This document shows positions 62,881 through 64,000 of a DNA stretch of 64,000 nucleotides, one piece after another. The stretch comes from Lytechinus pictus (lineage: Eukaryota), in assembly GCF_037042905.1 (NCBI RefSeq), contig NC_087250.1:27406001-27470000 (forward strand), given 5' to 3'. The notes beneath the pieces are model-generated. The model saw only the letters and a program-made list of their open reading frames with translations, made no database searches and was not told the origin of the DNA. Position numbers and translations under genes: made by a program. The stretch's first letter is position 1; every line of letters starts with the position of its first letter.

Positions 62881-63698
62881 GGGTCGAGAGATGAGGCGGG
62901 TGGGGCACTAGAAGGGGGCCTTTGATGGCTGTTGCTGGTTGACGGCACTTAATTCTAGCGGCTCGCAGAGCGGGGCAGTTGGGGCGGACGTGACCGGCGA
63001 TGCCACACTGGAAGCAGATGCGGGTTTCAGGACGGTAGGGGTTGAAGCGACGAAAAGTCCCAGGCATAATGCGAGGAGGTACAGAAGAGCGGGGGGCCCG
63101 GAAGGGGGGCTGAATCTTTGACTTTTTGGCTGTTTCGGCCCTTTTGGTGGCTGCAGCCTTCTCCGCCTGAAAATAAATCGCATATGAAAAAATTAACAAT
63201 GCATGAAGAAATGCACAGTGGTATAAAACGCAGTCAAATATTGCTAAAATTCGTATGAAAAATTTGATATATTTTGTTAAAAATAAAATATTCTGGAATT
63301 AAAAACATATTACCTTTCTGAGACGTTTTTCGTCATCGGAATTCTCCGCGAGGTCGTCTGCGATATACTCTTTGACTGTGGCCCAGCCCAAACGGGAGCG
63401 GTCTGCCAGGCGAATCAGTTTCTGCCTCTGAGTAAGGAGGGCGGATGCCTCGAGTAGACGCTCCTTTGCGGCCTCGATATCGATATCCTCCAGCGAATGT
63501 AGAGCGTCGTCAATGCACTAAAAAAAATTTTTGGGCGTGGTCGTATTGCTGCTTGTTTCCCTCACTCTTGAAGGAGGGGGAGCTTTCGGGCTTGGCAGAT
63601 TTCCGGGAGGCAGAGTCCACCTTTCGTTGAAGAGCCTGGATGGCTTGTAAAATGTTGTGAGACGTGGCTGGGCCGGGCGTGGTCTCGTCCACGTCCAT
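62855..63698 (-). pseudogene. DIRS/PAT gag-like ORF1 in two exons (63698-63314 with one frameshift; 63166-62855)
   Basis: FKSEGNKQQY, RQKLIRLADRSRLGWATVKEYIADDLAENSDDEKRLRK|AEKAAA, zinc knuckle CFQCGIAGHVRPNC. Confidence 0.85.
63167..63313 (-). other. Predicted 147-nt GT-AG spliceosomal intron in gag
   Basis: AAG|GTAATA ... ATTTATTTTCAG|GCG; AT-rich against GC-rich exons; in-frame TAA inside; phase-0 join. Confidence 0.8.
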
Positions 63699-63771
63699 GC
63701 CGCTATCTTGACGGGAAAAATACGGTAGCAGGACTCGTAGAGAAAATCTGGAGCTGGTTTCCAAACGTGCG

Positions 63772-63902
63772 CGAGCTAATAATGCTGAGCCGAGAATGGA
63801 AAAGATATGCGTGTTAGCGCAACGAGAAAACTCGAAATACGCAGTTACGTAAGAAACACAAAAGGAACACCTTGCGTTGGATACCGAAAAGAAATTCCAC
63901 TT
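63772..63902 (-). repeat. Split direct repeat A1 (131 bp)
   Basis: Identical by eye to 60268-60398. Confidence 0.95.
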
Positions 63903-64000
63903 CTGATGACCAAAAAGTATAAATATTATTCTCTGATTCTGTACTCCCGAGTTCAGGTTCAGTTGTCTTAGCCACGCGTTGTTTACTACTGCGCGCACGG

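Larger units (their letters stand above)
58574..63902 (-). mobile_element. Complete PAT-like (DIRS order) tyrosine-recombinase retrotransposon, layout A1-gag-RT/RH/MT-B1A2-YR-B2
   Basis: A repeats 63772-63902 = 60268-60398; B repeats 60396-60530 = 58574-58708; CTT core at both ends and at the internal junction; gag, RT, RNase H, methyltransferase-like and YR motifs. Confidence 0.95.

Noticed and set aside
63699..63998. N-terminal 100 aa of the 162-aa ORF as part of gag
   Set aside because: It crosses the A1 repeat and the element boundary at 63902; gag more plausibly starts at ATG 63698

Overview
AT-rich eukaryotic genomic DNA. The repeat families and gene type suggest a marine invertebrate, possibly a sea urchin; this is inferred, not proven. 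Most of the window is nested transposable elements around one clear host coding exon (12880-14541, RING-less B-box/coiled-coil/beta-propeller, TRIM-like). Four retroelements can be resolved. (1) A full-length but decayed L1/Tx1 LINE (4219-12088) with two DNA-transposon insertions in ORF2. (2) A young LTR element (41579-45895) with non-canonical CG...CG termini and a 3-bp TSD (Troyka-type). It carries one intact 763-aa ORF made of an apparently dead aspartic-protease fold plus three peptide-repeat blocks, and has no gag, RT or integrase. (3) A CR1/L2-group LINE (46270-54961) whose ORF2 becomes intact once a 3.8-kb TTAA DNA transposon is removed. (4) A complete PAT-like tyrosine-recombinase retrotransposon (58574-63902) with identical split direct repeats, a 3-bp crossover core and an apparent spliceosomal intron in gag. 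A 15.3-kb Academ-like foldback element (22236-37513) holds a four-level nest of non-autonomous DNA transposons. No rRNA, intact tRNA or CRISPR array was seen. All family assignments come from termini, TSDs and motifs read by eye, without database searches.
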